DNA from: Botryllus schlosseri
Lineage: Eukaryota
Assembly (NCBI GenBank): GCA_051294905.1
Contig: CM119381.1
Coordinates: 17,732,001-17,796,000, forward strand
Reading direction: 5' to 3'
DNA length: 64,000 nt
Shown here: one piece after another, positions 60,201 to 64,000 of the stretch
How the letters are laid out: each line of letters starts with the position of its first letter
Position numbering within the stretch: position 1 is the first letter of the stretch
The notes under the pieces: model-generated
The model's database searches: none
What the model was told of the DNA's origin: nothing
Seen by the model: the letters and a program-made list of their open reading frames with translations, nothing else
Translations under genes and position numbers: made by a program

Positions 60201-60511
60201 TCTTAGTTAGGGTAATTAGGGCGGGATCCTTAGGATTTTGGGTGGGCGCGGGTCATTCATTGGGCGCATGCTACGGTGACCCCCATCCAAAATACACTGC
60301 AACTATTGTGTATTGAATTAGCTTCCCACCAACAGTGAATGCACCTACCTTGACCAGTAAGTACCATGTGCGGTTGCACACATAACGCTACATCGCTAAA
60401 ATTTCTGTCCAATCGTATCTTGTAGCAGATCAGGACGGTCGCGATGAGTGAAGTGCTAACGAGAGGCAGGTTAGTGAAGTACCATCTCAGTTTTTCCGTA
60501 GAGCCGGCCAT
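57214..60511 (-). CDS. RHBDD3: RHBDD3-like rhomboid pseudoprotease with C-terminal UBA domain
   Basis: Exons 60349-60511, 59601-59820, 59338-59540, 59115-59262, 57214-57442 join in frame (963 nt); an extra small exon in 57443-59114 cannot be excluded. Motifs GQVSRLI, ERQAGSFRFL, MPWILL, FIGNLCG and UBA LMQMGF...AVSILSNGQVG (remembered human AVSLLVGGQVG). Confidence 0.8.
57481..58286. mobile_element. GACTC-repeat hAT MITE in the last RHBDD3 intron
   Basis: TIR CAGGTTTGTAAC / ATTACAACCCTG; perfect TSD ACTTGCAC. Confidence 0.8.
57564..57981. mobile_element. hAT MITE with GGATT/GGATTT repeats nested in the GACTC element
   Basis: TIR CAGAGATAGCATGGAT / ATCCGCTCATCTCTG; perfect TSD CTGAGTAG. Confidence 0.85.
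59945..60250. repeat. Intronic repeat with degenerate TTAGGG units and short tandem ATGCAAAATAAGGTC-like units
   Basis: About 8 scattered TTAGGG/TTAGG units at 60080-60235 and 3-4 imperfect units of about 21 bp at 59950-60035. Confidence 0.55.
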
Positions 60512-60773
60512 AACTTCATGGTTTGCTTCCGAAGCTTTACCTGGATTGCGTCGAGTCTACCAAAATACGCGGAACACCGTGAATAAATTATTAATTACAA
60601 TGGAATATATCGAGGATGGAGGATCGCCACTGTGATGAGTGATTGGCAGAGCAGCAAGACGGTGATCAGGTAAACCATTGTGGGCGTGCATGGAAAGCAT
60701 GAAATTTGAAGAAAATCAAAATATAAGTTGCCAGATCACAAATTCACAACCCAGTAGAATGTAGGATGTAGGA

Positions 60774-62009
60774 CAGGGGTGGGCAAACTTTTGAGCTCGC
60801 GGGCCGCATTCAACATCTTAATTCATTCGCGGGCCGCACTATATAAAATGGGATTATAAACCAAAACGCAATATTGGTATTTGATTAGATAGTGAGGACA
60901 TGGAGATAATAGATGTGTCAATTTAAAACATACCAAACATTGCTTTGATGATATCGTACCAGCGTCAGAAAGATAGTGGCGAGATTTCATGGGCTGGTTG
61001 ACCTCAATAACCAATTTGTCAAAACTATAGAGAGGAAGGTCGGTTGTCGCGATTCTTAGAACAGGATTGAAATTTAAAACTGTGAGCAGCGATCTGTTCA
61101 TGCTCATAGATTTACTAATTTCACTTTGGTTCAGTTCCAGGACACACAATGCTCACAGAAACCAATATATAGTCAGTGGTCACTCTGCTAACGAAACCTG
61201 TACATGGAAACGGCTTACATGTTAGCTTCAAACACGCTTCTACTATGTCTAGATAAATTTTAAATGCTCCAATTCTACGTATACATAGAACGAATCTACC
61301 TAAGACACGCGCGAATCGGTTTTTATAAGCACATTACTGAAATAATTAAAACTGGAGTGGCCAATCTGAAATCCCACTCGTGTTCCGATTTATGTCATTC
61401 TTGTTCAGGATTTATGTGATGTTTAGCAGTTGAAATAGTCCAAACTGTGTGGCCGTGGGCCTTGCGATCGTGCTGTCGCACCAGAAATTAAACATAAAAA
61501 TGAATATTGGAAGTATCTACCTTAGAACAGTGGTTCTCAAACTTTTTAAGACATGTCCCCTCCCCCTTACGATGGTGAAAGATTTCGCGCGCCCTTATTT
61601 GTCATATCACAAAACGCAACGAGGTTGCTAATAAACCAAGCGGATAGTTTGATGGCATGGAAGGTTACGACTATGAACGAAAGATTTTTAAATTGGAAAT
61701 TCAGGCCAAATACAGAGCAACAATTAGGAAATTGTTGGTAAATCGCGCGGAGCGCGAAAAAAATTTTCAGTTGAGCTCAGCTTGGCGCCCCACTTCTGAT
61801 GCTTTCACGCGCCCCAGTTTGAGAACCACTGTCTTAGAATTATAATGGTGAAATATACTGAGAAATAGTTTAATCAAGTCCCGTCATTAATTCGATTTTT
61901 AGTACGCATTTTATCAATAATTAAAAAAGTTTCTTTAGACTCTCGCGGGCCGCACAGAACGGTGTTGCGGGCCGCATGCGGCCCGCGGGCCGTAGTTTGC
62001 CCACCCCTG
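60774..62009. mobile_element. hAT (Buster-type) family B, copy 2, with nested family C (61528-61831)
   Basis: TIR CAGGGGTGGGCAAAC / GTTTGCCCACCCCTG; TSD ATGTAGGA. The interior is collinear with 7474-8477, including the family C insertion at the same site. Confidence 0.9.
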
Positions 62010-62024
62010 ATGTAGGATGTAGGA

Positions 62025-63224
62025 CAGGGGTTCTCAAAGGGTGGGCCACAGGAGTATTTGAGGTGGGCCACAGAGCTATTTTGAAAATCGTAGAGTTAAT
62101 GTAAGTCAAGTTATATTTGTTATGTTAATCGCTAAAAAATATATCGTCTAATAATGCGTAGGCTACCTAAAACTTTTCATCCGACTCTAATTAGACGAAG
62201 TGGCACGTATGGAGTCAGCATGTACAGGTCGAAAACGGAAACGGAGGCTTTTTCCACTGGCTATGACAGCCTAAGGCTAACCGCAACTAAAATAATTTTG
62301 AGTATATAATAACTGGGAGGCATATGCTGAAGTAAACAAGTATTTTGGCAGGTTCATATGTCGTATGCTGTTGAAAAGGGTATGCAATGAGGTGTAATTG
62401 ATGTATAGATTTACTGTAGGCTACTTCGGCAGGTCGTATTATGTTAAGATAAAAATTGCCATAATTGCAAATTCTGCTGGAGGCATACTGCACCACCGCG
62501 ACGAATCGTAATGGATTGAGAATTTAAACGGGCGCATTATTCTTTGGAGTCGGTTTAAAATGGCCTGCCTGCTGTAATGAAAGAGTCACATGAATTGATT
62601 GTATCATTGGATTGAATATTCTGATATCGTAATTTCAGTTGTTTTGGTACAAGACATATTATATTATATTGTACATTGTACAGCATGCATATTTTTGAAA
62701 ATCTTGCTCCACTTCTCTGTACGAACCCATTCACCAATGAAATATTTGAAACTGGAGTAGAACGATTATAATATTTCCCACAATAGTGGAACTAAAATCC
62801 CAGACAGACAGCGGATGCAGGGATTTGATCATTGTGTTTCGCGACGCGAATGGAGCAGCGGACGATCATAATATACTCCAGGAGTTTTAGCCTATGATCT
62901 ACCAGGCTGTAACTGCTGCACCCAGACTCCCAATTGGGAGAGGTCGAAGGGGCCCAAGATTATTTCATTGGTCGTTTTTTATCGCATATTTATTTAACTT
63001 AAGAATTTTGTCGCGCTTAGCGCGATTTAGTGTCCCGGGATGTGTAGATTTAAATATCATCAGTAAATTAGGTGGAAAATGTGCATATTTTAGAGGAATA
63101 GGCATATCGCCGCAGTTGATTACCACGCATTGAACAGTATTATGACTACAAGATGAGAGGTGGGCCACAGCACATTTTCAAGTCGGAAAATGGGCCACAG
63201 CCAAGAACGGGCTGAGAACCCCTG
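62025..63224. mobile_element. hAT (Buster-type) non-autonomous element
   Basis: TIR CAGGGGTTCTCA / TGAGAACCCCTG with subterminal GTGGGCCACAG repeats; TSD ATGTAGGA. Confidence 0.85.
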
Positions 63225-63629
63225 ATGTAGGATGTACGTACATGTACATTAGGGTTGTGACTAGAAAAAAAATTCCCCTGTAGCAGGAATTGATGAGCAT
63301 TTTGGTATAAATTAAAAAAATTAAAATCATTTTGTTCAAATCGAGAAAAATGTCCCGCACAAACCAACTTCAATTTTCGACACTGGTCCAAATATAGAAA
63401 AAAATTACAATTCAAAGATATTCTTTGCTACAAATTTAATCTTCATATGTATGTCCTTTTATACTTCTGGCAAAGTTCATCCATCAATTTGACTTATCTT
63501 TCTGTTATTATGTTAGTGCCAGGGACATCTACAACGGAAATATCCGACTTCCAATGGGATTTTAAGGCACTTTATCGTTGCAGGACATTTGAGCGCAAAA
63601 ATAGCAGCAAATAATCTTTGGTATACTCT

Positions 63630-64000
63630 AGAGCCCGATCGATATTGGATATTTGGGTCGATACGGATAAAACAGAAATCTCGCACCTTGACCGAGAACC
63701 CCAATACATTCAGCACATTTTCAAAGCGTCAGAGCATTTATTTGAATATCTTTACAGCCATTGTTATATTTGAACATGAAATAAACTAGATGGGCTACAT
63801 CTGGACACCTGGTAAGTGTTAGCTTGTGACATATATCAATATTCTCAATCTAGCGGTCAAAGATTATAGTTTTCTGACTTCCTACCGCCATGTTGTGACG
63901 TCAGGAGAATTGCCGATGAATTTTCAGCTTCAATGGCTGATACCGATAATTCTGTCGAAGTGTGATATCGTCCCGGTATTATCGGCGAACCGATAAACGG
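63630..64000. repeat. Possible MITE with CCGATA/CGATAT repeats, truncated by the window end
   Basis: TAGAGCCCGATCGATATTGG start and clustered CCGATA motifs at 63940-63995. Confidence 0.35.

Noticed and set aside
60080-60250. True telomere or chromosome-end fusion
   Set aside because: The units are few, degenerate and interrupted, and lie inside an intron of an intact gene.

Overview
Eukaryotic (animal) genomic DNA from a compact, transposon-rich genome. Minimal introns of 58-78 nt, 5' splice-acceptor-like sites just before start codons and chordate-like proteins suggest an invertebrate chordate such as an ascidian (inference). Seven protein-coding genes can be supported: SLC4A11-like (+, at least 20 exons, 20765-31952, 5' end unresolved), NDUFB2 (-, intronless), ATP6V0D1 (+, intronless), ZDHHC3/7-like (+, intronless), OMA1 (+, 5 exons), TRMT10A-like (+, 6 exons) and RHBDD3-like rhomboid pseudoprotease with a UBA domain (-, at least 5 exons). 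The rest is dominated by non-autonomous hAT transposons with TIRs and 8-bp TSDs, often nested 3-4 deep. Also present are two decayed hAT transposase remnants, two tRNA-derived SINE families, an L2/CR1 3' end and a Penelope-like RT fragment. The most notable observations are: (1) a 3.5-kb element with perfect 35-bp TIRs and a TATA TSD that carries a decayed spliced C2H2 zinc-finger gene (Sola-like termini); (2) an inverted pair of minimal hammerhead-ribozyme-like motifs inside that element; (3) three intronless housekeeping genes and a candidate trans-spliced operon; (4) an inverted pair of ~965-bp MITEs bracketing 10 SLC4A11 exons; (5) a 7-bp target-site array hit by two hAT elements. No CRISPR, rRNA or true tRNA gene was found. 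All identifications were made by eye and from remembered protein families; no searches were run.
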